From Minisyncoccia bacterium (lineage in GTDB: Bacteria > Patescibacteriota > Minisyncoccia > Phycocordibacterales > UBA2100), in contig JBAQPT010000094.1 of NCBI GenBank assembly GCA_049306055.1, forward strand, positions 1 through 35,788: DNA of 35,788 nt, given 5' to 3'. The number at the start of each line of letters is the position of its first letter. The stretch's first letter is position 1. The notes under the pieces were generated by a model. It was not told where the DNA came from, ran no database searches, and saw nothing but the letters and a program-made list of their open reading frames with translations. Below are positions 25,105 through 33,220 of this stretch, piece after piece. Position numbers and translations under genes: made by a program.

Positions 25105-26760
25105 ATGAACTCGGCGCGAGCCGCGTGTTTTGTTGTGCTATTTGTCGGCGTTTTTTTCGCGCCGCGCACTGACGCTGCGGCGCTCATTCAGGTACGTGAT
25201 TTAATCTCAACATCGCTTCCCAGCGCGACGACGACTGACCATCTCATTGAATTTACACTCACCAACGCCGTGCCTGTGTCGGGGCACATTACGCTTACTG
25301 CGCAAAGTGGCGCTTATACGCCGCAAACTGGCTTCGATTACACCGATGTAGATATGCTGATCTCAAACGGCGGCGCTTTTTTCGATCGTACCCTTGCTGC
25401 GACAGCCAGCGTGGCGGCGGACGGTGTCAGCGTTTCCGGCGCGGGGGTTATCACGATCACGCTCGGGGATTCCGCGATTCCCGCGGGAAACCGCGTGCGG
25501 ATTCTGCTTGGGAGGAATGCGTCGCATGGCGACGTGGGTGATCGTTCGATGATTAATCCGATCACACCTGGTTCGTATCGAGTCGTCATTACAACATCGA
25601 CCGCAAGCAACGTTGCGCTTGATAGCGCTCAAGCAATGATCGCGATTGTTCAGCCGGTCCAGGCCGCCACCTTCGCGCCGCCGACAGCTCCCACGCGCTT
25701 TAACGGTATGCCGACAACGACCGTTGCGGCGAACAACGACGAAATCGAACTTTCGCTCGAAACTGACGAGCCAGCCACGTGCCGGTATGCAACAACGACG
25801 GATATTTTGTACGACGACATGGAAAATGAATTTACGTCGGCGAGTACCTTGCACTACACGACGGTGACAGGGCACGAAAACAATACGTCGTACATATATT
25901 ACGTTCGTTGTGAAGATCAGGCGGGCGCCGAAAACGATGATGATTATCCGATTTCGTTCTCGCTCGACGTGACACCGATCAGTAACACGTCGACCGGCAT
26001 TGGTGGCAGTGACGGCCAAGGCGGCGTGGGCGACATTCCTGGTGGCAGCGCCGTTTTGTATCTTGCGGACATGTCGATCAGTGGTTTTGCGCCTCCGGGG
26101 AGTACGGTCCACATGCTCCGCGACGGCGCGGCGATCTCAACGACGATTGCCAGTGGAAACGGGAGCTTCACCGCGGATTTTCGCGGACTTGAGCGTGGTG
26201 CGTATACCTTTGGGATGTATGCAGAAGACAGCGAAAAACGGCTTTCATCGACGCATTCGGTCACCATGACCCTGGAGTCAGGTACACAAAACGAACTCAC
26301 GAATATTATGATTCCACCGACGATTTCGGGACCCGCGACTGCTGCAACCGGTGAGGAAGTTCGTCTGCGCGGTGAGGCGCCGCCGGGGAGCTCCATCGAC
26401 GTGTATATTCGCGGCGCTTCAAATCAGCTTATTTCTCTTACCGCTTCCACAACCGCGGTAGGACGATGGGAAGTCACGGTCCCGCGTGGACGATTGTCGC
26501 GCGGTGCCTACGATGCGCGAGCACGAGCAAGCATGAGTGGGCGCATTAGTATGTTTAGTAAGCCTGCTTCGATTGCGGTTGGTGGCGCCGCGGCGTCGAC
26601 CGGCACGTCTGACGTTAACGGCGACGCGAAAGTGAACCTTGTGGACTTCTCGATTATGCTCTCCGCGTGGGGGACGGACGAGGCAAGTGTTGATTTCAAC
26701 AGCGACGGCACGGTGAACTTGGCCGATTTCTCCATTCTCTTATTCAATTGGACCGGGTAA
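25105..26760 (+). CDS. Secreted mosaic surface protein with C-terminal dockerin
   Basis: ATG 25105 gives the signal peptide MNSARAACFVVLFVGVFFAPRTDA. The N-domain LIQVRDLISTSLPSATTTDHLIEFTL...INPITPGSYRVVITT resembles that of CDS 22355. The Ig-like modules are paralogous to CDS 5537. The dockerin at nt ~26611-26757 reads DVNGDAKVNLVDFSIMLSAW...DFNSDGTVNLADFSILLFNW. Confidence 0.8.
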   Translation: MNSARAACFVVLFVGVFFAPRTDAAALIQVRDLISTSLPSATTTDHLIEFTLTNAVPVSGHITLTAQSGAYTPQTGFDYTDVDMLISNGGAFFDRTLAATASVAADGVSVSGAGVITITLGDSAIPAGNRVRILLGRNASHGDVGDRSMINPITPGSYRVVITTSTASNVALDSAQAMIAIVQPVQAATFAPPTAPTRFNGMPTTTVAANNDEIELSLETDEPATCRYATTTDILYDDMENEFTSASTLHYTTVTGHENNTSYIYYVRCEDQAGAENDDDYPISFSLDVTPISNTSTGIGGSDGQGGVGDIPGGSAVLYLADMSISGFAPPGSTVHMLRDGAAISTTIASGNGSFTADFRGLERGAYTFGMYAEDSEKRLSSTHSVTMTLESGTQNELTNIMIPPTISGPATAATGEEVRLRGEAPPGSSIDVYIRGASNQLISLTASTTAVGRWEVTVPRGRLSRGAYDARARASMSGRISMFSKPASIAVGGAAASTGTSDVNGDAKVNLVDFSIMLSAWGTDEASVDFNSDGTVNLADFSILLFNWTG

Positions 26761-26769
26761 AATGACGCT

Positions 26770-27300
26770 ATGACGCGCTTTCTTTCTATACAATTCCTCG
26801 TTCCGACGATCACGATGACGGCCATGCTTGCCGCCGCTATCTATGGGATATTTTTTAAGTTGCCACCGGAAAGTGCAGAAACGTTTACGGGCGAATACGA
26901 ACTGACCTTGAGCGACTACGAAGGGGAGGCGGTGGAGCTTGCCGATTTCAAGCGCGACCTTCTCGTCGTCCATGTATGGGCGTCGTGGTGCCCGTATTGT
27001 GGCGAAGAATTGCAAAATCTCATGCGTCTGAAAGATGAGTACGAAGACATTGAAGTTCTCGCGGTGAACCGCGCTGAGTCGTTGAGCGAAGCGCGCGCGT
27101 TTACGGATTTGAATGGCATTGATACAACCAAGATCAAGCTGCTCATTGATGACGACGATTCGTTTTACAAATCTATTGGCGGCTATGCGATGCCGGAGAC
27201 GTTGTTTATCGACACCGGCGGCGAAATCCGCTTTCACCAGCGAGGACCCTTGAATATGGAAGAGGCACGTGTACAGGTGCGAACGCTCCTCGGGGAGTAG
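26770..27300 (+). CDS. Membrane-anchored thioredoxin-fold thiol:disulfide oxidoreductase (TlpA/ResA-like)
   Basis: It has an N-terminal TM. The active site is VVHVWASWCPYCGEE (CxxC). The downstream AMPETLFIDTGGEI cis-Pro region is typical of the TlpA/redoxin family. Confidence 0.8.
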   Translation: MTRFLSIQFLVPTITMTAMLAAAIYGIFFKLPPESAETFTGEYELTLSDYEGEAVELADFKRDLLVVHVWASWCPYCGEELQNLMRLKDEYEDIEVLAVNRAESLSEARAFTDLNGIDTTKIKLLIDDDDSFYKSIGGYAMPETLFIDTGGEIRFHQRGPLNMEEARVQVRTLLGE

Positions 27301-27339
27301 CTCGCATTTTGCGTGATGGTTTGATACTGTACTACGAAT

Positions 27340-28614
27340 ATGAGCAGCGCGCGGATGTGGCTTCTGGCAATCATACTTCTTGGGGTGCTCGGCGGGGCGG
27401 GGTGGTATGTGTTCCAAAAAGAAGACGTTGTTGTAGAGATTCCCGTCGTTCAAGAAATAGTCGCTGAAGTAAAAGGCCTGCAACCGATCACGCCTACGTC
27501 GCGCACGCTCGCGCTTGGCGACGAAGAGGTCGCATCGTTCCGTCTCGCGGAAGGTTTTGATATCAACGTTGCCGCGGAAGAAGTAGGGAAGGCGCGCTTT
27601 ATGGCGCTTGCTCCGGACGGCAGGCTTTTTGTGCCTGACATGGTCAATTACAACCTCTCGCACCAAGGGAAGCTCAACGTCCTTGGCGGTTTTGATCCGG
27701 CGACGGGCACATTTGCAACAAAGCACACGTATCTCTCGGGTCTCCGTACGCCGAACAGTGTTGCGTTTTATCGCGACGAGAACGGAAAGGACTGGCTCTA
27801 TCTCGCGCTCACCGCGCATCTCGTGCGCTATCCGTACAAAGCGGGCGATACGAAGCCTTCCGGTCCGCAGGAAATTGTTGCGGAATTTCCGAATTCGCAG
27901 TCTCCTGGGGAGGTGAGTGTCGTTTGGCATATCACGCGGACGATCTTTTTCCACGAAGGCCGCGTCTATGTTTCGGTCGGAAGCGGGTGCAATGCGTGCG
28001 AACAGCTCACGGGGGACATGCGCGCGATGATTTATAGTATGAAGCCGGATGGTTCCGACAAGAAAGTGTATGGCGACGGGCTCCGTAACACCGTCGGTAT
28101 CACGATCGCGGAAGGGGAATTGTATGCGACGGCGAACGGTGTTGATCATCTCGGTGAAGATGCGCCTGAAGAGATGATGTATCACGTGGAGGAAGGAAAA
28201 AATTACGGTTGGCCGTATTGTTACGCGATGGATGGGAAGATGGTTTCTGACACATCGCGCACGTGGGACAACCCGAAGGATTGCGCCTCGGTTCCGTCGC
28301 CGCTCACGACATTTGAGCCGCGCTCGGCGCCGCTCGGCCTTCGCTTTTTCGATTCGAGTGCGCATCCGGCGCTTGCGGGTTCATTTCTCGTTGCGCTTCA
28401 TGGTTCGTTCGAGGCGCATATGCGCTCGGGCAACAAAATCATGCGTGTGACGCCTGAGGGTGAGCAAAGTGTTTTCATGGATGGATTCCAGAAGGCGGAT
28501 AGTGATGAGCGTTGGGCGCGGCCGGTGGATTTTCTGCAATACGATGCGAACTCATTCTTTTTCTCGGACGATGAGGGCGGACGAATCTACTTTGTTCGCG
28601 CGACCGGTGCGTAG
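27340..28614 (+). CDS. PQQ-dependent sugar (glucose/sorbosone) dehydrogenase-like beta-propeller protein, N-terminally anchored
   Basis: The TM is MWLLAIILLGVLGGAGWYVF. The motif GLRNTVGITIAEGELYATANGVDHLGEDAPEEMMYHVEEGKNYGWPYCY matches the GSDH/sorbosone dehydrogenase signature (G-RN...DE...NYGWP). Confidence 0.7.
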   Translation: MSSARMWLLAIILLGVLGGAGWYVFQKEDVVVEIPVVQEIVAEVKGLQPITPTSRTLALGDEEVASFRLAEGFDINVAAEEVGKARFMALAPDGRLFVPDMVNYNLSHQGKLNVLGGFDPATGTFATKHTYLSGLRTPNSVAFYRDENGKDWLYLALTAHLVRYPYKAGDTKPSGPQEIVAEFPNSQSPGEVSVVWHITRTIFFHEGRVYVSVGSGCNACEQLTGDMRAMIYSMKPDGSDKKVYGDGLRNTVGITIAEGELYATANGVDHLGEDAPEEMMYHVEEGKNYGWPYCYAMDGKMVSDTSRTWDNPKDCASVPSPLTTFEPRSAPLGLRFFDSSAHPALAGSFLVALHGSFEAHMRSGNKIMRVTPEGEQSVFMDGFQKADSDERWARPVDFLQYDANSFFFSDDEGGRIYFVRATGA

Positions 28615-28673
28615 AACCTGCCCCGTGAGATGGCGGCACGCGCCTATCTCGTGGGGCGTGCTACAGTTAATTG

Positions 28674-29576
28674 ATGCTCAGGGGAAGCGTTCTTCTCTTT
28701 GTTTTTGCTGCTGTCATTTTTGTACAGCACGATGTCGCGCGTGCGTACTATAACGATTCTGATGTCATTGAACTGACCGATGTTCCGCCGCCGGTAACGG
28801 AACCGCACGATACGGGTGGGCAAGGCGGCGGAGGCGGAGGGGGCGAACCGACGGACGGTTTGCAGAGCAGCGACAATTTTACGCCGGGTGGAGGGGGCTC
28901 AGGCGGATCGGGCGGTACGACAGGAGGCGGGTCGGGAGGTTCAGGGGCTGGCTCTGGTACGGGCGGCAATGCAAACGAAGAAGATGTTTTAGAAACACTT
29001 TTGAGCAACGGCGCGATCGATGGATTAAGTTCCTTTGGCGACGATAGTATTTTAGGGAACGGCCCCGGTTCGGGAGCGTTTACGATTAACGGTCAGAAAG
29101 TGCGGGAAGTGCTGAATGGGCGCACGGATCTGCAAGATATTTTGTCGAATTGGAAAAACTTGCGTACGACACAGGGCTTGGCTCGTGAGTATGGGCTTAT
29201 CGCGGCATCGACCGCACTTTCCGATGCCAATGTGGAAGAGATTTCATTTTCCGCGGACGCGTTTGAAATAAAGTACCGTTCGCGAGGATATCTCTTGGCG
29301 GTTATTCCGTGGACGTTTCCGGTACGGGTGACGGTTATTCCGCAGGCCTTGGAAGGGTCGCGCGCAAAAGTGCAATTGCCATGGTATCGCTTTTTTGTGC
29401 GCGAATTTTTCACCGTGCGCGGACTTACGACGGACGTTGAAAACACACTGAAGGCTGCGGTTGCCGAAGCGGGCGCGGCCGAAGACGAACGCGCCATCCT
29501 CTTCAATGCCGTCGCAAGTCTCTTGCGTCAGAAAGTCGGAACGGTTGGTGACTCGGTGATTTTGGGAGGCACTTAG
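28674..29576 (+). CDS. Secreted/anchored protein with poly-Gly/Ser linker, hypothetical
   Basis: ATG 28674 lies one codon after TTG 28671. The N-terminal hydrophobic segment is VLLFVFAAVIFV. The linker is GGQGGGGGGGEP...GGGGSGGSGGTTGGGSGGSGAGSGTGG. The ~190-aa C-terminal domain is unrecognised. Confidence 0.6.
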   Translation: MLRGSVLLFVFAAVIFVQHDVARAYYNDSDVIELTDVPPPVTEPHDTGGQGGGGGGGEPTDGLQSSDNFTPGGGGSGGSGGTTGGGSGGSGAGSGTGGNANEEDVLETLLSNGAIDGLSSFGDDSILGNGPGSGAFTINGQKVREVLNGRTDLQDILSNWKNLRTTQGLAREYGLIAASTALSDANVEEISFSADAFEIKYRSRGYLLAVIPWTFPVRVTVIPQALEGSRAKVQLPWYRFFVREFFTVRGLTTDVENTLKAAVAEAGAAEDERAILFNAVASLLRQKVGTVGDSVILGGT

Positions 29577-29824
29577 GCGGTCCGCACCGCGCGAAGGAGC
29601 CAGAGCGCGACAATCGCGCCGAGCGTTGCGACGAGGAGGCTATAGAGATTGAAGCCGCTCACTCCTGCGCTGCCGAACATATTGAAGAGAACGCCGCCGA
29701 TAAGCGCGCCGACGACGCCGACAATCACGTTTCCAATAATGCCTTGTGAGCCGTCGGTGCCCATAACGAGCGATGCGATCCAACCCGCGATGCCACCGAG
29801 AACGAGAAATGCAATGATTCCCAT
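29573..29824 (-). CDS. GlsB/YeaQ/YmgE family (transglycosylase-associated) small membrane protein
   Basis: MGIIAFLVLGGIAGWIASLVMG...GIIGNVIVGVVGALIGGVLFNMFG is the characteristic Gly-rich three-helix pattern. It overlaps the convergent gene by 4 nt. Confidence 0.85.
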   Translation of the reverse strand: MGIIAFLVLGGIAGWIASLVMGTDGSQGIIGNVIVGVVGALIGGVLFNMFGSAGVSGFNLYSLLVATLGAIVALWLLRAVRTA

Positions 29825-29966
29825 ACAATTTTGTTATGACTAAACAGCTCGATTGAGCCGTTTGAATAATGAGCGCATGATACGGAGAAGTGTATAAAGG
29901 GACGATGAAGAAAATGCGCGTTCGTTCATGAATGTTTAATCGTGTCGTGCATAGAATGCAGATCTG

Positions 29967-30998
29967 ATGCGAATTGCACAAATCGCGCCGATCGTTGAAC
30001 GCGTGCCGCCTAAAAAGTATGGCGGCACGGAGCGTATGGTGCACGCCCTCACCGAAGAGTTGGTGCGACGAGGTCATGAGGTGACGCTCTTTGCGAGTGG
30101 GGACAGCGAGACAAGTGCGAAGTTGGAAGCTGTGTATCCGCGCTCGCTGCGTGAGGCAAAAATAAAAGACATGTATGGCACCAATACGTGGACGTTGCTG
30201 AATCTCGGACTCGCCTACGAAATGCAGGATGAATTCGATATTATTCACGATCATCTTTCGCCGCTCTCAATTCCGACGGCGAATATGGCAACGACACCGG
30301 TCGTTATGACGATGCACGGCCCGTTCACGGCAGACAACCGCGCGCTCTTTCAGACGTTGCGCACGCCCTACGTCGTTACGATTTCTGAATCGCAAATGTA
30401 TTCGCTGCCGAATTTGAATCACATGGGAACGGTCTACAACGGACTTCCGATGGAGCAGTATCCGTTCGGTGAAAAAGTGGGGGACTATCTTCTGTACGTC
30501 GGACGCATCGCGCAGGAAAAAGGCGTGCATGTTGCGATTGAGGTCGCGCAATTTCTTGATCTGCCGCTCATTCTTGCGGCAAAGGTTGATCGGTATGATT
30601 TGGCGTATTTTCGCGAACAAATCGAACCGCACCTATCCGACCGCATCCAATGGATTGGAGAAGTAGATGAGGATGAACGAAATAAGTTGATGGCTGGCGC
30701 GAGATGTTTCTTGCACCCCGCGCAGTGGCGCGAGCCCTTCGGGCTCGCGCTCATCGAAGCGCTTGCGTGTGGCTGCCCCGTTGTCGCGTTTGATAAAGGA
30801 TCGATTCCGGAAATTGTGGAAACTGGCGTGACGGGGTATGTCGTTCACGACACAGAAACGATGATTGAGGCCGTGCAAAATATCGGCGCGATTGATCGCA
30901 AAAAATGTCGCGAGCACGCGCTCAAAAACTTCAGCGCGTCCAAGATGACGGATGGCTACGAAGCGGTGTACAAAAAAATTCTGGAGAAGGGAGTGTAG
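29967..30998 (+). CDS. Glycosyltransferase, family 4 (GT-B, group 1)
   Basis: The N-terminus is MRIAQIAPIVERVPPKKYGGTERMVHALTEELVRRGHEVTLFASG. The C-terminus carries the EPFGLALIEALACGCPVVAFDKGSIPEIV (E-x7-E region) motif. Confidence 0.85.
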   Translation: MRIAQIAPIVERVPPKKYGGTERMVHALTEELVRRGHEVTLFASGDSETSAKLEAVYPRSLREAKIKDMYGTNTWTLLNLGLAYEMQDEFDIIHDHLSPLSIPTANMATTPVVMTMHGPFTADNRALFQTLRTPYVVTISESQMYSLPNLNHMGTVYNGLPMEQYPFGEKVGDYLLYVGRIAQEKGVHVAIEVAQFLDLPLILAAKVDRYDLAYFREQIEPHLSDRIQWIGEVDEDERNKLMAGARCFLHPAQWREPFGLALIEALACGCPVVAFDKGSIPEIVETGVTGYVVHDTETMIEAVQNIGAIDRKKCREHALKNFSASKMTDGYEAVYKKILEKGV

Positions 30999-31000
30999 GG

Positions 31001-31375
31001 GCATTCCAATGATTAGGGCGCCCAAGACCGCAAAGGTCGCCCCGAACACGACCTAATCAACAACTCCTTTGTCACATCTATTGCGCTAGGTCTCGCCACT
31101 CCTTTATTTGCTGCGCAAGGTTCTCTCGACCTTTGGGTCATAGGCGCCTTTGTAATGCCTAACGTGCGCGGCGTTTGGTCTAACGAACGTTAGAAAGCAA
31201 GTCCATGTTCGATATGGGTAGCGAGGAGGGAGGCAGCCGCACGCTTCACGAGGGACAGCTGGCGAGGACGAGCCCGAATCGCAAGCTTGCGATTCGGGTT
31301 TGCCCGAGGGAAGCGTGCGGCTGCATGCCCGACGAGCGCACGGATGTAATCAAAAATCGTAAGTGCCGTATGTAA
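31001..31375. other. Gene-free, highly structured 375-nt region between convergent genes (candidate ncRNA and/or terminator complex; class unassigned)
   Basis: A 15-bp perfect long-range stem pairs GCAGCCGCACGCTTC (31233-31247) with GAAGCGTGCGGCTGC (31310-31324). It encloses a 26-nt perfect palindrome, CCCGAATCGCAAGCTTGCGATTCGGG (31273-31298), followed by TTT. Other elements are a 7-bp stem GATTAGG/CCTAATC (31011-31017 / 31052-31058) enclosing GACC-GCAAA-GGTC, the hairpin CTAACG-AA-CGTTAG (31180-31193), and GTCCAT-GTTCGAT-ATGGGT (31201-31219). Confidence 0.35.
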
Positions 31376-32557
31376 CTACACAAACACCCGCTGGCGACGC
31401 AGATACGACGTGAGATCCGGCACCGGAATCGCTTCCTGTGAATTTGTCGCGACTTCGCGCACAAGAACCGTGCCTTCAATCGCTTCTTTGTGACCCATGA
31501 TGAGCATATGTGAGATCGACATCGTCTTCGCTTTTTCCATTTGTTCGTGCAAGCGATCGTGCATCAAGGATTGTTCAACAGGAATTCCTGCGCGGCGAAG
31601 TGTTTCCAAAACCGGCAACACTTTACGACGTGCCTCGGGCCCGAGGTGCGCAAAATATAGAACCGGATTCATGCGTCGTCCCGTTTGCACTTTGTTTTTT
31701 CCGCGAATTTCCGCCATCACGACCGCGACGGACGCGGGCATCGGCGCACCAGTAAGCCGCGCCGCGAGCGGATCGTATCGTCCGCCCATCGCAAAGGGAA
31801 CGCGAGTTCCGCTTTCAGTATCAAGTGTTGAAAGTTCAAACAGTGTATGCGACCAAAAGTCGCGTGAACCCAAAACCGATGGCTGCAACTCGTACGGGAC
31901 GCCAGAAATTTCGAGATACTCCAGCAAGTCCCAGAAACGGCGACGTTCTTCTTCCGTCAAATATTCAACGCTCTGCGGCGCGCGCGTCATCGCCGGATGT
32001 CCTTTTTCGTGCAATTGAATGAGCGTGCCGAGCGGATCTTGTGCTGCACGCGGCCGAAGCGCGGGCGCGATCGAATCGATGTGCTTGCGGAGGAAGTGGC
32101 CAACATCACGCACAAAACGATTCGACGATTCCAAAGAACCGATCGAATTAATCGCGAGCATGCGTTGTTCGATCCCAAGTTCTTCCGCGATCGCGTTTAC
32201 AACGACAACCAAGAGCGCTTCCGAAATCGCACTCGGCGCGCCGAGAATGTGCAATTCAAGCGCCATGCACGGCAGCGGTGAACGAAGTCCGGCCGGATGC
32301 TTCACGACACGCCAATAGAGCGGGCTTTCGTTGGGTGCGCGATTTACCGAAAGACAGAGGCGCGCGCCTTGCATCAAGGGCTTTTCATCTTTACGCGCAA
32401 AAAGGATCTCGGTGTTTTTGTTTTGCGGCGGAAGGGTGCGCCTTCCGCGCTCGAGCGCTGCATCAAGCGGAAGAAAACCGTAATACTCGGCAGTGCGAAT
32501 CGCTCGCGTTATCAAGCTCGCGGTATTATCTACACGTGTGTTTTTGATTTGAATCAC
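31376..32557 (-). CDS. Histidyl-tRNA synthetase-like protein (HisS/HisZ family) with degenerate class II motifs
   Basis: Clear HisRS signatures are present: INSIGSLE, GGRYDPL, and a C-terminal anticodon-binding-like domain (VLYFAHLG...MLIMGHKEAIEGTVLVREVATNSQ). Motif 2 (expected FR-ERPQ-GR-R-F-Q) reads LYWRVVKHPAGLRSPLPCMAL. Motif 3 (expected GFA-G-ER) reads VAVVMAEIR. The GTG start overlaps the lepB stop (GTGA). Confidence 0.65.
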   Translation of the reverse strand: MIQIKNTRVDNTASLITRAIRTAEYYGFLPLDAALERGRRTLPPQNKNTEILFARKDEKPLMQGARLCLSVNRAPNESPLYWRVVKHPAGLRSPLPCMALELHILGAPSAISEALLVVVVNAIAEELGIEQRMLAINSIGSLESSNRFVRDVGHFLRKHIDSIAPALRPRAAQDPLGTLIQLHEKGHPAMTRAPQSVEYLTEEERRRFWDLLEYLEISGVPYELQPSVLGSRDFWSHTLFELSTLDTESGTRVPFAMGGRYDPLAARLTGAPMPASVAVVMAEIRGKNKVQTGRRMNPVLYFAHLGPEARRKVLPVLETLRRAGIPVEQSLMHDRLHEQMEKAKTMSISHMLIMGHKEAIEGTVLVREVATNSQEAIPVPDLTSYLRRQRVFV

Positions 32558-33213
32558 AGCGCTTCAGCCGGATAGGTTGCCCCACCCGGAAACGTGCCAA
32601 TCGAATGCAAAGGAAAGAGTCGGACGAAGACGTTGCCGACGATATTTTCTTCGGGCAGCGTTCCCCAGACGCGCGAATCGCTCGAAACGCGGCGGTTGTC
32701 GCCGAGAACGAAATATTCATTTTCGCCGAGCGTCGTTTCCGTGCCGGTCGGTCCGCCCAAATTGTCTTTCGAGAGATAGGGTTCGTTGAGAACGAAGCCG
32801 TCTGGATGCGTGGTATTTGTGATACGCACGGTTGTGCCTTCAACGGAAACCGTTTCGCCGGGAAGTCCGATGACGCGTTTGATGAGCGTACGCGGTCCGC
32901 GCCATTCGCCCTGCAGAATCCGCTTCCATGGCGAACATTCGCCGCTATTCGGGAGACAAAAGACGATGACGTCGCCGCGTTCAGGGGAAGAAAGGTCGTA
33001 GGAGATGCGGTCGGTGATCAAATAATCCCAATTATCGAAGGTTGGTTCCATTGATGCGCCCGAAACAACGTAGGGTGCGGCGACAAAAAAGCGAACGAAA
33101 AGCGCAAGAGCGAGTGCGAGTGTCACATACCACGCAAACGAGCGCTGTGATTCAGCCGGAGCGGAAGGAGAATGATCCGTTGATGCATCTGTGTTCATCA
33201 ATGAATCGGACAT
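32554..33213 (-). CDS. lepB: Signal peptidase I
   Basis: ATG 33213 lies inside the TTG-started ORF 33249. The TM is FAWYVTLALALALFVRFFV. The catalytic boxes are SGASMEPT, RGDVIVF, LIKRVIGLPGETV and YFVLGDNRRVSSDSRVWG. Confidence 0.93.
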   Translation of the reverse strand: MSDSLMNTDASTDHSPSAPAESQRSFAWYVTLALALALFVRFFVAAPYVVSGASMEPTFDNWDYLITDRISYDLSSPERGDVIVFCLPNSGECSPWKRILQGEWRGPRTLIKRVIGLPGETVSVEGTTVRITNTTHPDGFVLNEPYLSKDNLGGPTGTETTLGENEYFVLGDNRRVSSDSRVWGTLPEENIVGNVFVRLFPLHSIGTFPGGATYPAEAL

Positions 33214-33220
33214 CGCACGT

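Noticed and set aside
24120-25187. 355-aa minus-strand ORF
   Set aside because: It is antisense to anchor paralogue 4 and the small membrane protein. The sequence is Arg/Ser-rich with no domain signature, while the plus-strand products have coherent signal peptide, domain and TM architecture.
26740-28365. 541-aa minus-strand ORF, one of the longest in the track
   Set aside because: It is antisense to two well-supported plus-strand genes (thioredoxin with WCPYC, dehydrogenase with NYGWP) and spans their intergenic gap. Its product is Arg-rich low-complexity sequence with no motif, which is typical of a shadow ORF.
31001-31375. tmRNA, RNase P RNA, SRP RNA or a tRNA in the structured gap
   Set aside because: I checked both strands by eye. 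There is no GGUUCGA-type T-arm adjacent to an acceptor stem, and the GUUCGAU loop at 31207-31213 has only a 4-6 bp stem with no matching acceptor. AAGUCC is present at 31199-31204 but has no complementary P4 3' strand (ACAGAA..GGCUU). The GGAGGGAGGCAGCC stretch only loosely resembles the SRP GGAAGGAAGCAGCC motif and lacks the closing hairpin. There is no Ala-Ala-stop tag frame. The class is left unassigned.
31376-32557. Annotating the HisRS-like gene as HisZ (ATP-PRT regulatory subunit)
   Set aside because: It keeps a C-terminal anticodon-binding-like domain that HisZ proteins lack, and no his biosynthesis genes are nearby. It is left as HisRS-like.
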